Shown here: piece by piece, positions 9,404-19,482 of the stretch | Numbering within the stretch: the stretch's first letter is position 1 | Layout of the letters: each line of letters starts with the position of its first letter | Notes under the pieces: generated by a model | The model's database searches: none | What the model saw: only the letters and a program-made list of their open reading frames with translations | What the model was told of the DNA's origin: nothing | Assembly: GCA_963667465.2 (NCBI GenBank) | Contig: CAXXDN010000002.1 | Span: 128,001-192,000, forward strand | Direction: 5' to 3' | From: Dehalococcoidia bacterium | Lineage (GTDB): Bacteria; Chloroflexota; Dehalococcoidia; UBA2979 | DNA length: 64,000 bases | Translations under genes and position numbers: made by a program

Positions 9404-10564
9404 TCAGCGGATTCCGGCGGCCACGCGCTCGTTGACGAAGCGCTGGCCCCACGCCTCGGCGGCGATCAATTGCTCGAGGCCGGGGTCCGTGTCCGCCTCG
9501 TGCGCGTCGAGCGACTCCACCAGCAGCCGGGCGATGTCCGTGAAGCGGCAACGGCCGGCCAGGAAGTGCTCGACCGCGGACTCGTCCGCGCCCGACAGCA
9601 TGGCGGCCGAGGTGTCGCCGCGCCGCCCCGCTTCGAGGACCGTCGGCAGCGCCGGGAAGCGCTCCGTGTCGACCTCGCTGAAGTTCAGCGACCCGCGCGC
9701 GGCGAGGTCGAGCGGAGGCGCTGGCTGCTGCGGCGCACGCTCCGGGTAGGTGAGCGCGCACTGGATCGGCAGGCGCATGTCCGGCTCGCCCAGCTGCGCC
9801 TTAATCGAGCCGTCGGCGTAGGTCACCATCGAGTGCACGATGCTCTCCCGGTGCTGGAGGATGTCGACGCGGTCGATCGGGATGTCGAACAGCCAGCGCG
9901 CCTCGATCGCCTCGAGGCCCTTGTTGAAGAGGGTGGCGCTGTCGATCGTAACCTTCGGGCCCATCTGCCAGTTGGGGTGGATGAGCGCCTGCTCCGGCGT
10001 GACGCGGTCGAGCGCGTCCATATCGTAGTCCCGGAAGGCGCCGCCCGAGGCGGTCAGCGTGAGCCGGTCGACGGTCTCGAGCGGTTCGCCCCAGAGGCAC
10101 TGCCAGATCGCAGAGTGCTCCGAGTCGATCGGGCGCAGCTCCGCGCCGCGGTGTTCGTTCGCCTCGAGTGCGGCGCGCACGACGTGCCCGCCGACGACGA
10201 GCACCTCCTTGTTGGCGAGCGCGACGATCTTGCCTGCCTCGAGGGCACGCAGCGTCGGCTCCAGTCCGAGCCGCCCGGCGGTTGCGACGACGACGATGTC
10301 GACATCCGGCCGTACGGCCAGCTCGTCCAGCGGCAGCCAGGTGTCGCGGCCGAACTCCGAGGCGAGCCGGTCGGCCTCGGGGCCGGGAGCGGCGCAGGCC
10401 GCGCTTGGGCGGAACTCCTCGATCTGCTCGCGCAGCAGGGAGACGTTGCCGCCGGCGGCGAGGGCGGCGACGCGGAAGCGGTCCGGGAGGCCGCGCACGA
10501 CGTCGAGGGTCTGGGTGCCAATCGAGCCGGTCGAGCCGAGGATCGCGAGGCCGATCGCGGTCAT
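9404..10564 (-). CDS. dxr: 1-deoxy-D-xylulose 5-phosphate reductoisomerase
   Basis: ILGSTGSIG, LANKE, PIDSEHSAI, HPNW.MG.K.TIDSAT. Confidence 0.97.
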   Translation of the reverse strand: MTAIGLAILGSTGSIGTQTLDVVRGLPDRFRVAALAAGGNVSLLREQIEEFRPSAACAAPGPEADRLASEFGRDTWLPLDELAVRPDVDIVVVATAGRLGLEPTLRALEAGKIVALANKEVLVVGGHVVRAALEANEHRGAELRPIDSEHSAIWQCLWGEPLETVDRLTLTASGGAFRDYDMDALDRVTPEQALIHPNWQMGPKVTIDSATLFNKGLEAIEARWLFDIPIDRVDILQHRESIVHSMVTYADGSIKAQLGEPDMRLPIQCALTYPERAPQQPAPPLDLAARGSLNFSEVDTERFPALPTVLEAGRRGDTSAAMLSGADESAVEHFLAGRCRFTDIARLLVESLDAHEADTDPGLEQLIAAEAWGQRFVNERVAAGIR

Positions 10565-10607
10565 GCGGACCTCCAACCGGGCGCCGCGGGCTGGTTCCGG
10601 CAGGTGG

Positions 10608-11393
10608 CTAGAGCCACTGCAAGATCCAGTATAGCAACGGCCCTGCGAGCAACTGTGAGTCCATTCGGTCGAGCAGCCCACCGTGTCCGGGCAGCAGTCC
10701 GGAGCTGTCTTTCACCCCGACGCGCCGCTTCAGCGCGGATTCCAGCAGATCGCCCCCTTGCGCCGCGATCGGCAGCAGCAGCGCGATCGCGGCGATCACG
10801 ACTGCTTCGGCCTCGAGGTTGAGCGCGAGCGGCAGCGCGGCGCCGGCGGCAGCGCCCGCGACGAACCCGCCGATCGCGCCCTCGCGCGTCTTGCCCGGCG
10901 AGACGCGCGGAGCGAGCGGATGGCGGCCGCGCCACTTCCCGACGGCGTAGGCGCCCGTATCGGTGGCGATCGTGACGCCGAGCAGCACGATCAGCCAGCG
11001 CTGGCCCTCGGGCTCCCCGCGCAGCAGCAGCCAGTGCGCGCCGAGCACGCCGACGTAGGCGACCGCGCCCAGCCACCAGGCCTCGCGCAGGCGGCGCGGG
11101 CCGGGGCCGGGGCGGAGCAGGCCGTAGAGGGCGATCGCCGGCAGGGGGAGCAGCGTCCAGAGCGGGAAGCCGCCCTCGGCCTGCCGCATCCAGAGCGCGA
11201 CGAACGCCGCCGCGGCGGCCGCGCCGAGCGGCTGCCAGCGGGGCCGCGCGCCGGCGGCGGCGATGAACAGCTCGGCGGCGGCGGCGGCGAGCAGCAGCGA
11301 GATGGTGGCGGCGAAGACGGGCTCGGGCAGCGCGATGACGAGCGCCAGCAGCGGCAGCCCGATCGCCGCCACGAGCAGCCGTGTCCGCAGCAT
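10608..11393 (-). CDS. cdsA: Phosphatidate cytidylyltransferase
   Basis: DTGAY.VG, SPGKT.EG, GDLLES.LKR..GVKDS..LPGHGGLLDRMDS. Confidence 0.96.
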   Translation of the reverse strand: MLRTRLLVAAIGLPLLALVIALPEPVFAATISLLLAAAAAELFIAAAGARPRWQPLGAAAAAAFVALWMRQAEGGFPLWTLLPLPAIALYGLLRPGPGPRRLREAWWLGAVAYVGVLGAHWLLLRGEPEGQRWLIVLLGVTIATDTGAYAVGKWRGRHPLAPRVSPGKTREGAIGGFVAGAAAGAALPLALNLEAEAVVIAAIALLLPIAAQGGDLLESALKRRVGVKDSSGLLPGHGGLLDRMDSQLLAGPLLYWILQWL

Positions 11394-11396
11394 GGG

Positions 11397-12197
11397 TCAG
11401 GCGTCCGGGTGCGCGTGCTCCGCCTGGCGCTCCGGGACCAGCCCGAAGCGGCGGCGTCGGCGGCGGTACTCCCCCAGCGCCTTGTCGACGTCCTGCGGCC
11501 CGAAGTCCGGCCAGAGCGTGGGGGTGAAGTAGTACTCGCTGTAGGCCGACTCCCAGACCAGGAAGTTGGAGAGCCTGCGCTCCCCCGCCGTACGGATCAG
11601 CAGGTCCGGGTCCGGCAGGTCGGCGGTCGCCAGACGGCTCGCGATTGCCTCGGCGTCCACTTCGCCCGGTGCGACGCCGTCGGCGATCAGGCGGCGCACG
11701 GCGCCGACGATGTCGGAGCGGCCGCCGTAGTTGAAGGCGAGGTTGACGGTGATGCGGTCGTTTCCGGCGGTCCGGACGACCGCGTCCTCCACCTTGCGCT
11801 GCAGCGATCGCGGCAACGGCGAGAGGTGGCCGATGTGCTGCAGGCGGATACCTGCCTCGTCGAGTGAGTCCAGCTCGCGGTCTATCACGCGTCCGGCGAG
11901 GCGCATCAGGTAGTCGACCTCGCCGCGCGGGCGTCCCCAGTTCTCGGTGGAGAAGGCGAAGAGCGTGACAATCGGGACGCCATGCTCACCGAGGCGCTCG
12001 ATCACGGCTCGAATGCGGTCGGCGCCAGCGCGGTGGCCGCGCTGGCGGCTGAGTCCGCGATCGCGAGCCCAGCGCCCGTTGCCGTCCATGATGATCGCGA
12101 CGTGGTGGGGCAGCGCCTCGCCCGGGGTACTCGCGACATCGCTCGCGGCGGGCTCAACGACCATGCTTGCTGGACCCCCGGCCTGGCTCACGGACAT
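11397..12197 (-). CDS. uppS: Polyprenyl (undecaprenyl) diphosphate synthase
   Basis: HVAIIMDGNGRWA, FSTENWGRP, PDLLIRT.GE.RLSNFL.W. Confidence 0.96.
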   Translation of the reverse strand: MSVSQAGGPASMVVEPAASDVASTPGEALPHHVAIIMDGNGRWARDRGLSRQRGHRAGADRIRAVIERLGEHGVPIVTLFAFSTENWGRPRGEVDYLMRLAGRVIDRELDSLDEAGIRLQHIGHLSPLPRSLQRKVEDAVVRTAGNDRITVNLAFNYGGRSDIVGAVRRLIADGVAPGEVDAEAIASRLATADLPDPDLLIRTAGERRLSNFLVWESAYSEYYFTPTLWPDFGPQDVDKALGEYRRRRRRFGLVPERQAEHAHPDA

Positions 12198-12340
12198 GCG
12201 GCGTCACGCTGCTCTGCTCCACGTCCCGCGCCCCGCACCGTATCAGGTCAGTTCCCCTTGCGGCGCGGGTCGCCAATCGGAAGTTCTGTTGATTCCGCCG
12301 GCGCGCCGCCGCAGCGTCCGCGGGCGGCCCGGCGGCGGCT

Positions 12341-12901
12341 CTAGATCTCGAGGAGCTCTTGCTCCTTTTGCTGTCCAATCTCGTCGATCTGCTTCGTGTG
12401 CGCCCCGGTGATCTCCTCGACATCGGTGAGTGCGCGGCGCTCTTCGTCCTCCGACAGATCGCCGGCCCGCAGCGCCGTGCGCAGCTCATCGATGGCGTGG
12501 CGGCGGATGTTGCGGACGGCGACCTTGCCTTCCTCGGAGCGCGCGCCCACCAGCCGCACCAGCTCGCGGCGGCGCTCTTCGGTGAGCGGCGGGATCGGCA
12601 GCCGGATCGTGGCGCCGTCGTTGCTGGGCGTGATGCCGAGGTCGCTCGCCTGGATCGCCTTCATGATCGGCTGCAGCGCGGACTTGTCCCAGGGCTGCAC
12701 GGTGACCAGCGTGGGATCCGGCGCGGCGAGCGTCGCGAGCTGATTGAGCGGCATCACCTGGTCGTAGTGGGACACCGGGAGACGCTCGACGATCGCGGTG
12801 TTGGCCCGGCCCGTGCGCACCGCCTCCAGCGTCTGGCGCAGCGACTCCACCGCCTTGTCCATGCGGTCGTCGGCGTCGAGCAGAACCTCATCGACGTCCA
12901 C
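12341..12901 (-). CDS. frr: Ribosome recycling factor
   Basis: RTGRAN, QPWDK, PPLTEERRRELV, VRNIRR. Confidence 0.96.
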   Translation of the reverse strand: MDVDEVLLDADDRMDKAVESLRQTLEAVRTGRANTAIVERLPVSHYDQVMPLNQLATLAAPDPTLVTVQPWDKSALQPIMKAIQASDLGITPSNDGATIRLPIPPLTEERRRELVRLVGARSEEGKVAVRNIRRHAIDELRTALRAGDLSEDEERRALTDVEEITGAHTKQIDEIGQQKEQELLEI

Positions 12902-12954
12902 CGCCGCCTCCTCGGCCGGGCGAACGCGAGCCCGGCCCCGTTCGTCGCCCGCTG

Positions 12955-13473
12955 CTACTCGGCCGGCGACCCTCCGCCGATCTCGTAGCGAATGAAGCGA
13001 GAGATGCGGATGTTCTCGCCCGTGGCCGAGATGGTGTCCTCGACAAGCTGCTGGATCGTCTTGCCCGGCTCCTTGATGAACGGCTGGCTGAGCAGTGCGC
13101 GCTGCTCGCGCTCGCTCGCCGGCACGTCCTCGGGCAGATCGTCGATGGTGACCGTGTCCGGGTTCATCGCGGCGACCTGCAGCGCGACCTCGTGCGCCAG
13201 GTTCTGGAACTCCTCGGTGCGCGCGACGAAGTCCGTCTCGCTGTTCAGCTCGACGAGTACGCCGATGCGCCCGCCGGCGTGGATATAGGACTCGATCACG
13301 CCCTCGCTGGTTGCGCGGTCGGCGCGCTTCGCGGCGGCGGCGATGCCCTCCTCGCGCAGCAGCGAGCGGGCGCGATCGAAGTCGCCCTCCGCCCGATCGA
13401 GTGCGCGCTTGGCGTCCATCACGCCGGCGCCGGTCTCCTCGCGGAGCCGCTTCACATCCTGGACTGAGACCAC
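12955..13473 (-). CDS. tsf: Elongation factor Ts (short form)
   Basis: VKRLREETGAGVMDAKRAL, ELNSETDFVAR, GENIRISRF. Confidence 0.96.
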   Translation of the reverse strand: MVSVQDVKRLREETGAGVMDAKRALDRAEGDFDRARSLLREEGIAAAAKRADRATSEGVIESYIHAGGRIGVLVELNSETDFVARTEEFQNLAHEVALQVAAMNPDTVTIDDLPEDVPASEREQRALLSQPFIKEPGKTIQQLVEDTISATGENIRISRFIRYEIGGGSPAE

Positions 13474-13537
13474 AACCGCTCCCTTGTCGTGCTGTACCTG
13501 TCGGGTGGCCTGCCGAGGCGGCAGGCTTCGTTCGCTA

Positions 13538-14404
13538 CTACTCGGCGGCCGGACCGTCCGGGGTGGGCTCTGCCGGAGCGGGCTCTGCCGGGGCCGGGGC
13601 CGCGGCGACGGCCCCGGCGGCTTCGGCGGCTTCGGCGGCAGCCTCCGCGGGCGTGGCCTCCCCGGCGGGCTGCATCATCGCGACCGAGCCCGCGGCGGCA
13701 GCCTCCTGCTCCACCTCGCTGTACGCGCGTCCTTCGAGGACCGCGTCGGCCACGCGCCCCGTGACCAGCTGGATGGCGCGAATCGCGTCGTCGTTGGCCG
13801 GAATCGGGAAGTCGATCAGCGTCGGGTCGGCGTCCGTGTCGCACATCGCGACGATCGGGGTCTTGGTGCGGTTCGCCTCGCGGACGGCGATGTCCTCGAG
13901 CCGCACGTCGATGACGAAGAGCATCCCGGGCGGCCGCTCCAGCGTGCTGATGCCGCCGAAGGCGCGCTGCATGCGGTTGAACTGCTTCTCCAGGCGCAGC
14001 CGCTCGCGCTTGGACAGCGTCTCGTGCTCGCCGGAGGCGATCCGCAGCTCGAGGTCGCGCAGGAACTCGATGCGGCGCGAGATGGTGGCCCAGTTGGTGA
14101 GCGTGCCGCCCAGCCAGCGGTTGGTGACGTAGGGCATGCCGCAGCGCTCGGCCTCGGCGCGGATCACGGCGCGGGCCTGCTTCTTCGTGGCGACGAAGAG
14201 CACGGTCTGGCCGGCCGAGACGGTCTCGCGCACCTGCTGCAGCGCTTCCTCGAAGCGCCGCACGGTCTGGCCGAGATCGAGGATGTGGATGCCGTGCCGT
14301 TCGGTGTAGATGAACGGCCGCATACGCGGGTTCCAGCGCCGGGTCTGGTGTCCGAAATGGACGCCCGCCTCCAGCATCTGCTTCATGGTTGCGGCTGCGC
14401 TCAC
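13538..14404 (-). CDS. rpsB: 30S ribosomal protein S2
   Basis: [33 protein letters not shown]. Confidence 0.98.
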   Translation of the reverse strand: MSAAATMKQMLEAGVHFGHQTRRWNPRMRPFIYTERHGIHILDLGQTVRRFEEALQQVRETVSAGQTVLFVATKKQARAVIRAEAERCGMPYVTNRWLGGTLTNWATISRRIEFLRDLELRIASGEHETLSKRERLRLEKQFNRMQRAFGGISTLERPPGMLFVIDVRLEDIAVREANRTKTPIVAMCDTDADPTLIDFPIPANDDAIRAIQLVTGRVADAVLEGRAYSEVEQEAAAAGSVAMMQPAGEATPAEAAAEAAEAAGAVAAAPAPAEPAPAEPTPDGPAAE

Positions 14405-14584
14405 GTCACTCCTTCGGCGCGTTGCGCCTCGTACCGCGGGCGGGCAACGGCCCGCTGCACGCCTCTTGCGCTGCGTCTCCGGCCTGCGTTCGACCGTGTC
14501 TGCGAGCCACCGAGTATAGCCACAGCCCCGGCGCAGGGGCTACCGCGCGAAGGCGGCGACCGGTTCGAGGGCCACGAGCCCGGC

Positions 14585-14722
14585 CTGCTGCCCGCCATGC
14601 ATGGCGACCCTGCCGATCGGCTAATCGTCGCGACGGCCCTCGAGAACCATCAACTCGGAACGGCAGATCAGCGGATCCTTGCCTGGCCCGGCCAATTGAG
14701 CCGGTCGGACGCCACCGACTGA
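14585..14722 (+). pseudogene. C-terminal fragment of a PIN-domain (VapC-like) toxin
   Basis: HGDPADRLIVATA...LGTADQRIL is the PIN C-terminal signature. No N-terminal half or antitoxin is present. Confidence 0.7.
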
Positions 14723-14869
14723 GGGTCTGCTCCCGCCGGGCGAACACCAACGCACGGCCCAGGTTGCGCCGCTTGTGGCCGGATCGGCCCTTACGTACAC
14801 TGGCTCGCACGCCGCTGGAGCGTTTCCTGCGGCGTTGCCGTGCGACCGAACTCACGGAGGCTCCCCACC

Positions 14870-15247
14870 GTGCCCACCTACGACTACCGCTGCGACGAGG
14901 GCCATCGCTACGACAAGCGCGAGCCCTTCGGCTCGCCCTCGGAGCAGCCGTGTGACGAGTGCGGCGAGACCGCGCGGCGCGTGATCCACGCCCCGCCCGT
15001 CGTCTTCAAGGGCTCCGGTTGGTACAAGACCGACAGCCGCTCCACCACCAGGCGCCCCAGCACCTCCTCCGAGGGCGACGAGTCCGAGAAGTCGGACCGC
15101 GTGCTCGCCGCCGAGGCCGCAACCAACGAGCGCGAGGCCAGAAAAGAGTCCGTCGCCGCGCAGAAGAAGGCCGATGCCGCGAAGACCACTTCGGGCGGCT
15201 CGGGCGGCTCGGGCGGCTCGGGCGGCTCCGGCGACAAGAGCAGCTAG
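14870..15247 (+). CDS. FmdB family zinc-ribbon protein
   Basis: GTG after GGAGG. PTYDYRC..GH, CDECG, VVFKGSGWY.TD. Low-complexity tail with 4 x 9-bp TCGGGCGGC (15191-15226). Confidence 0.9.
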   Translation: MPTYDYRCDEGHRYDKREPFGSPSEQPCDECGETARRVIHAPPVVFKGSGWYKTDSRSTTRRPSTSSEGDESEKSDRVLAAEAATNEREARKESVAAQKKADAAKTTSGGSGGSGGSGGSGDKSS

Positions 15248-15264
15248 GCGCTTCGAGACCCCCG

Positions 15265-15708
15265 ATGCGAGCCGTCGTGCAGCGCGTCTCCCGGGCGCGC
15301 GTCACCGTCGATGGCGAAGTCAGCGGCGAGATCGGCCGCGGCCTCCTCGTCTACGTCGGCGTTGCGGTCGGCGACGGTGAGCCGCAGGCCCGCTGGCTGG
15401 CGAAGAAGGTTGCCGAGCTGCGCATCTTCCCGAGTGATACGCGCCCGATTGATCGGTCGCTGCTTGATACCGGCGGCGAGGCGCTGATCGTCTCGCAGTT
15501 CACGCTGCTCGCCGACACCCGCAAGGGCCGCCGCCCCTCGTTCTTCGCCGCCGCCCCGCCCGAGGACGCCGAGCCGCTGGTCGCGGCCGTCTGCGAGGAG
15601 TTGCGCGCCCTCGGCGTGACCGTCGCCGAGGGCCGCTTCGGCGCGATGATGGCAGTCGAGAGCACGAACGACGGGCCCGTGACGATCACCCTCGACAGCG
15701 AGGCGTAG
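15265..15708 (+). CDS. dtd: D-aminoacyl-tRNA deacylase
   Basis: MRAVVQRV, SQFTL.ADT.KGRRPSF, FGA.M.V...NDGPVT. Confidence 0.97.
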   Translation: MRAVVQRVSRARVTVDGEVSGEIGRGLLVYVGVAVGDGEPQARWLAKKVAELRIFPSDTRPIDRSLLDTGGEALIVSQFTLLADTRKGRRPSFFAAAPPEDAEPLVAAVCEELRALGVTVAEGRFGAMMAVESTNDGPVTITLDSEA

Positions 15709-15753
15709 CCGGCAGCACGGCCTACTCCGGCAGCACGGGCTACTCCGGCAGCA
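15709..15753. repeat. 18-bp tandem repeat (about 2.5 copies) duplicating the stop region of the convergent gene
   Basis: CCGGCAGCACGG(C/G)CTACT twice, then CCGGCAGCA. Confidence 0.85.
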
Positions 15754-16279
15754 GCAGCGCCTCGCCGCGCGCGACCAGCTCCTGCAGCCGGTCGGCGGTG
15801 ACGTACGCGTCCGCGTCCCCGGAGCTGTCGAGGACGGCGCCGGGCAGCTCGCCGGCCTCGTGCGCCGCGCTGAGCCGTGCGTGGACCTCGCGCGTGCGCT
15901 CCCCCTCGGGATCGCCGCAGCGCGCGACAGTCGTCCCGAGGTCCGGCAGCAGGGTCACGAAGTGCACCGCAGCGCCGACCCGCTCGAGCGCCTCGCCGTA
16001 GACCGCGGCCAGCGCCGGGTCGATGACGTCGCAGATCGCGACGGCATAGCGCGTCGCGATTGCCTCGCGGGCGACGGCGCAGGCGGCGCGAGCGCCGAGC
16101 CGCAGCTGCTCCTCGGCCTGTGCGTCGCCGCTCCAGGGGCGGCGGTACCCTGCGCAGACCCAGCGCCGCAGCTCGTCCACCTCGATCAGCAGCATGCGGT
16201 CGAAGCGCTCGCAGATTGCCCGCGCAACCGTGCTCTTGCCCGCCCCCGGCGGTCCCGAGATGACGATCACCTGGTTCAT
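15740..16279 (-). CDS. P-loop kinase-like protein (AAA_33-type)
   Basis: VIVISGPPGAGKST. ATG overlaps the nadC stop (ATGA). Confidence 0.85.
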   Translation of the reverse strand: MNQVIVISGPPGAGKSTVARAICERFDRMLLIEVDELRRWVCAGYRRPWSGDAQAEEQLRLGARAACAVAREAIATRYAVAICDVIDPALAAVYGEALERVGAAVHFVTLLPDLGTTVARCGDPEGERTREVHARLSAAHEAGELPGAVLDSSGDADAYVTADRLQELVARGEALLLPE

Positions 16280-17157
16280 GCCGGCTCCACCCCCAGCGAG
16301 ATGTCGAGCGCCGGCGCCGAGTGCGTCAGCGCCCCCGCCGAGACAAGGTCCACCCCCGTCGCCGCGATCTCGCGCACGGTTTCGAGGCTCACCCCGCCCG
16401 AGGCCTCGAGCAGCGCGCGCCCGCCGGCCGCCTCCACCGCCTCGCGCATGGCGGCGACCGACATGTTGTCGAGCATCACGATGTCCGCGCCCGCCTCGAT
16501 CGCGAGCAGCGCCGTCTCGACATCCGGCGCCTCGACCTCGATGCGGTGGGTGTGCGGAGCGTGCTCGCGCGTGTCCCGCAGTAACTGCGGAAGCGTCACA
16601 CCGCGCGCGGCGGCGGCGGCCAGGTGGTTGTCCTTGATCAGCACGGCGTCGGCGAGGGTGTCGCGGTGGTTGTGCCCGCCCCCGGCGCGGACGGCGTAGC
16701 GCTCGAGCGCGCGCAGCCCCGGCGTCGTCTTGCGCGTGTCGGTGATGCGCGCCGGGCCGCCCGCGGCCGCGCGCTCGACGAAGGCGCGCGTGAGGGTCGC
16801 GATGCCGCTGAGCCGCTGCAGGAAGTTGAGCGCGACCCGCTCGCCCGAGAGCAGCGCCGCGAGCGGCCCGGCGAGCGTCGCGACGACCTGCCCGTGAGCG
16901 ACCGTGTCGCCGTCGGCGGCCAGCGCCTCGATGGCGACGTCCCCCCCGAGCTGGCGGTAGACCTCGCGGACCAGGTCGAGGCCGCAGAGCACCCCGTCCT
17001 GCTTGATCAGCAGCGAGCCTCGGCCGGACTGGTCCGGCGGCACGGTCGCCTGCGTCGTCACGTCCTGCAGCACGCGGTCCTCGGCCAGCGCGCGCGCGAC
17101 AACGTCGCGCAGCGCCGCGGCGTCCGGCGGGCGCAGCCCCTCGGTCGTGGCGCTCAC
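16276..17157 (-). CDS. nadC: Nicotinate-nucleotide pyrophosphorylase (QPRTase)
   Basis: ALAED..DVT, ERVALNFLQRLSGIAT, DTRKTTPGLR, LIKDNH, MLDNM, EASGG. Confidence 0.96.
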   Translation of the reverse strand: MSATTEGLRPPDAAALRDVVARALAEDRVLQDVTTQATVPPDQSGRGSLLIKQDGVLCGLDLVREVYRQLGGDVAIEALAADGDTVAHGQVVATLAGPLAALLSGERVALNFLQRLSGIATLTRAFVERAAAGGPARITDTRKTTPGLRALERYAVRAGGGHNHRDTLADAVLIKDNHLAAAAARGVTLPQLLRDTREHAPHTHRIEVEAPDVETALLAIEAGADIVMLDNMSVAAMREAVEAAGGRALLEASGGVSLETVREIAATGVDLVSAGALTHSAPALDISLGVEPA

Positions 17158-17864
17158 GCGACCGCCCCCCGCCGCGCGTCCCGCAGCACGGAAGCGACGA
17201 GCGCCTCGATATCGTCGAGGACGGCCAGCGCCCCTGCCTCGCGCAACGCCTCCTCGCTGGAGTCGCCGCCGCGTACGCCACAGGCGGGCATGCCGGCGGA
17301 TCGGGCGGCCTCGATGTCCGCGACGTTGTCGCCGGCGTAGACGGCCTCGCCCGGTCCGACGCCGAGGCGCTCGCAGGCGAGCAGCAGGCCTTCGGGCGCG
17401 GGCTTGGGCAGCCGCACGTCCTCGCGGCCGACGATCACGGCGAAGTACTCCGCGACGCCCGTGCGCTCGAGGATCGCGCGCACGACCTCGCGCGAGTTCG
17501 AGCTGACGACGCCCGCGAGCAGTTCGGAGCCTTCGAGCGTCTCCAGCGCCTCGCGCACGCCGGGCAGCAGGCGCGTCTTCGCGATCGCCTCGCCCTCGTA
17601 GCGCTCGATGATCGCCGCGGCCCCGCGCAGCGTCTCCTCGAGGGCGGCTTCGGGCAGCGCGCCGGAGGCCGCAACCCGCGCGTAGAGGCTGACGGTCCCG
17701 GAGCCGAGCGCGCTGGCGGGAATGCCGCGCTCCTCGTACCAGGCCAGGGACTCGCTCCGGGCGTCGCCCCAGCGCACGTGCGAACCGAGGTCCGCGAGCG
17801 TGTGATCGAAGTCGAACAGCAGGGCGCGCACACCCGGGAACGGCGGAACGAGGTCCGCGGTCAC
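17154..17864 (-). CDS. HAD-superfamily hydrolase (subfamily IA)
   Basis: FDFDHTL, VSSN, KPAPE, GDNVADI. Confidence 0.9.
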   Translation of the reverse strand: MTADLVPPFPGVRALLFDFDHTLADLGSHVRWGDARSESLAWYEERGIPASALGSGTVSLYARVAASGALPEAALEETLRGAAAIIERYEGEAIAKTRLLPGVREALETLEGSELLAGVVSSNSREVVRAILERTGVAEYFAVIVGREDVRLPKPAPEGLLLACERLGVGPGEAVYAGDNVADIEAARSAGMPACGVRGGDSSEEALREAGALAVLDDIEALVASVLRDARRGAVA

Positions 17865-17873
17865 GAGGCCGGC

Positions 17874-19472
17874 CTAGGCGAGCGCGCGGAACACGAGCCG
17901 CCGCCGCCACTCCGGCCGCTGCTCGGGGAAGTCCCGCCGGTAGTGCGCGCCGCGCGACTCCTCGCGCAGCAGCGCCGCCTCCGTGATCAGCCGCCCGCAG
18001 GTCAGCATGCAGGACACCTCGTGCTCCTCGCGCGTGCGTGGGTCGGGCAGCGTGCCCTCCCACCCGGCGAGCTGCGCCACGGCCGCGCGGAGCCGCGCGC
18101 CCTCGCGTTCGAGGCCGGCCTCGCTCCACATCAGCGCCCGCACGTCCGCGCGTGCTGGCGGCTCCGAGGAGGGACCGGCTTCCGCTGCGTCGAGCGTCTG
18201 CGCGTCCTCGCTGAGCGCCGGCGGCGCGTTCTCGCCCTCGGGCAGGGGGCCGCCGTAGAGTGCGTCGACGAGGCGGTGCGCGAAGACGACCGATTCGAGC
18301 AGGGAGTTGCTGGCGAGACGGTTCGCGCCGTGCACGCCGGTGCAGGTCACCTCGCCAACCGCGTAGAGGTCGGGCAGCGTCGTGCGGCCCCGGGTGTCGG
18401 TGCGCACGCCGCCCATCGTGTAGTGGGCAGCGGGTGAGACCGGGATGCGGTCGCGCGCCATGTCGAGGCCGGCGGCGAGGCAGGTGCGGTAGATGTTGGG
18501 GAAGCGTGCGGCCAGCCACGAGGCCTCGCGGTGCGTGATGTCGAGCAGCACGTGGTCGCTGCCCGTCGCGCGCATCTGCGCCAGCTCCGCCAGGGCCACG
18601 ACGTTGCGCGGCGCCAGCTCCGCCGCCGGGTCGATGTCGGCCATGAAGCGTCGGCCCGCGGTGTCGAAGAGCAGCGCGCCCTCGCCACGTACGGCCTCCG
18701 AGATCAGGAACGAGGGCTGACCCGGCAGGCGCAGCGCCGTCGGGTGGAATTGCGTGAACTCCATGTCCTGGACCTCGGCCCCCGCGCGGAAGGCGAGCGC
18801 GATCCCGTCCCCCGTCGCGATCGCCGGGTTGGTCGTCACGCGGTAGACCTGTCCGGCCCCGCCGGTCGCGAGGACGACCGCGTCGGCCTCGCAGCGCAGT
18901 CGTGAGCCGTCGTCGGCGCACAGCACATCGGCCCCGATCGCCCGGCCGTCCGCGACCAGGAGCCGCTCGGCGAGCGCGTGCTCGAGCACCGTGATGCCCT
19001 CGCGTTGCACCAGCGAGGAGAGCGAGAGCTCGATCTCCAGCCCGGTCTGGTCGCCGCGCGCGCGCAGCACGCGTCGCGTGGAGTGTGCGCCCTCCTTGCC
19101 GAGCGCGGCCTCGCCCTCGGCCTCGTCGAAGCGCACCCCGTAGCCGCCGAGGTCGGCGATGCGCCCGGCCGCTTCCTCGACGAGCACACGCGCGGCGTGG
19201 GCGTCGACGAGGCCGGCGCCGGCCTCGATGGTGTCGCGCAGGTGCAGCTCGGGCGAGTCGCCGGGGCCGATCGCGGCGCTGATGCCGCCCTGGGCGTAGC
19301 GCGTGCTCGCCTCGTCGATCGCGCTCTTGGTGACCACCAGTACGCGGGCGCCGCGCTGGTGCGCCTGGAGGGCGACGAACAGCCCGGCGATGCCGGAGCC
19401 GATCACCAGCAGGTCGGCGCGCAACAGTTCGCGCTCGGCCTCGGACGGTGGGGCTGGGGAGTGTGCGGACAC
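17874..19472 (-). CDS. nadB: L-aspartate oxidase
   Basis: GSGIAGL, AQGGI, EGAHS, QFHPT, LISEAVRGEG, HYTMGG, GVHGANRLASNSLLE. Confidence 0.96.
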   Translation of the reverse strand: MSAHSPAPPSEAERELLRADLLVIGSGIAGLFVALQAHQRGARVLVVTKSAIDEASTRYAQGGISAAIGPGDSPELHLRDTIEAGAGLVDAHAARVLVEEAAGRIADLGGYGVRFDEAEGEAALGKEGAHSTRRVLRARGDQTGLEIELSLSSLVQREGITVLEHALAERLLVADGRAIGADVLCADDGSRLRCEADAVVLATGGAGQVYRVTTNPAIATGDGIALAFRAGAEVQDMEFTQFHPTALRLPGQPSFLISEAVRGEGALLFDTAGRRFMADIDPAAELAPRNVVALAELAQMRATGSDHVLLDITHREASWLAARFPNIYRTCLAAGLDMARDRIPVSPAAHYTMGGVRTDTRGRTTLPDLYAVGEVTCTGVHGANRLASNSLLESVVFAHRLVDALYGGPLPEGENAPPALSEDAQTLDAAEAGPSSEPPARADVRALMWSEAGLEREGARLRAAVAQLAGWEGTLPDPRTREEHEVSCMLTCGRLITEAALLREESRGAHYRRDFPEQRPEWRRRLVFRALA

Positions 19473-19482
19473 GAGGCGGCGG

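Noticed and set aside
12955-13473. Short EF-Ts as a truncated gene
   Set aside because: Short dimeric EF-Ts forms are established in several phyla, and both terminal motifs are intact.
14504-14723. GCCACCGA flanking the VapC fragment as a cassette boundary
   Set aside because: 8 bp in GC-rich DNA with no supporting reconstructed junction, so it could be chance.
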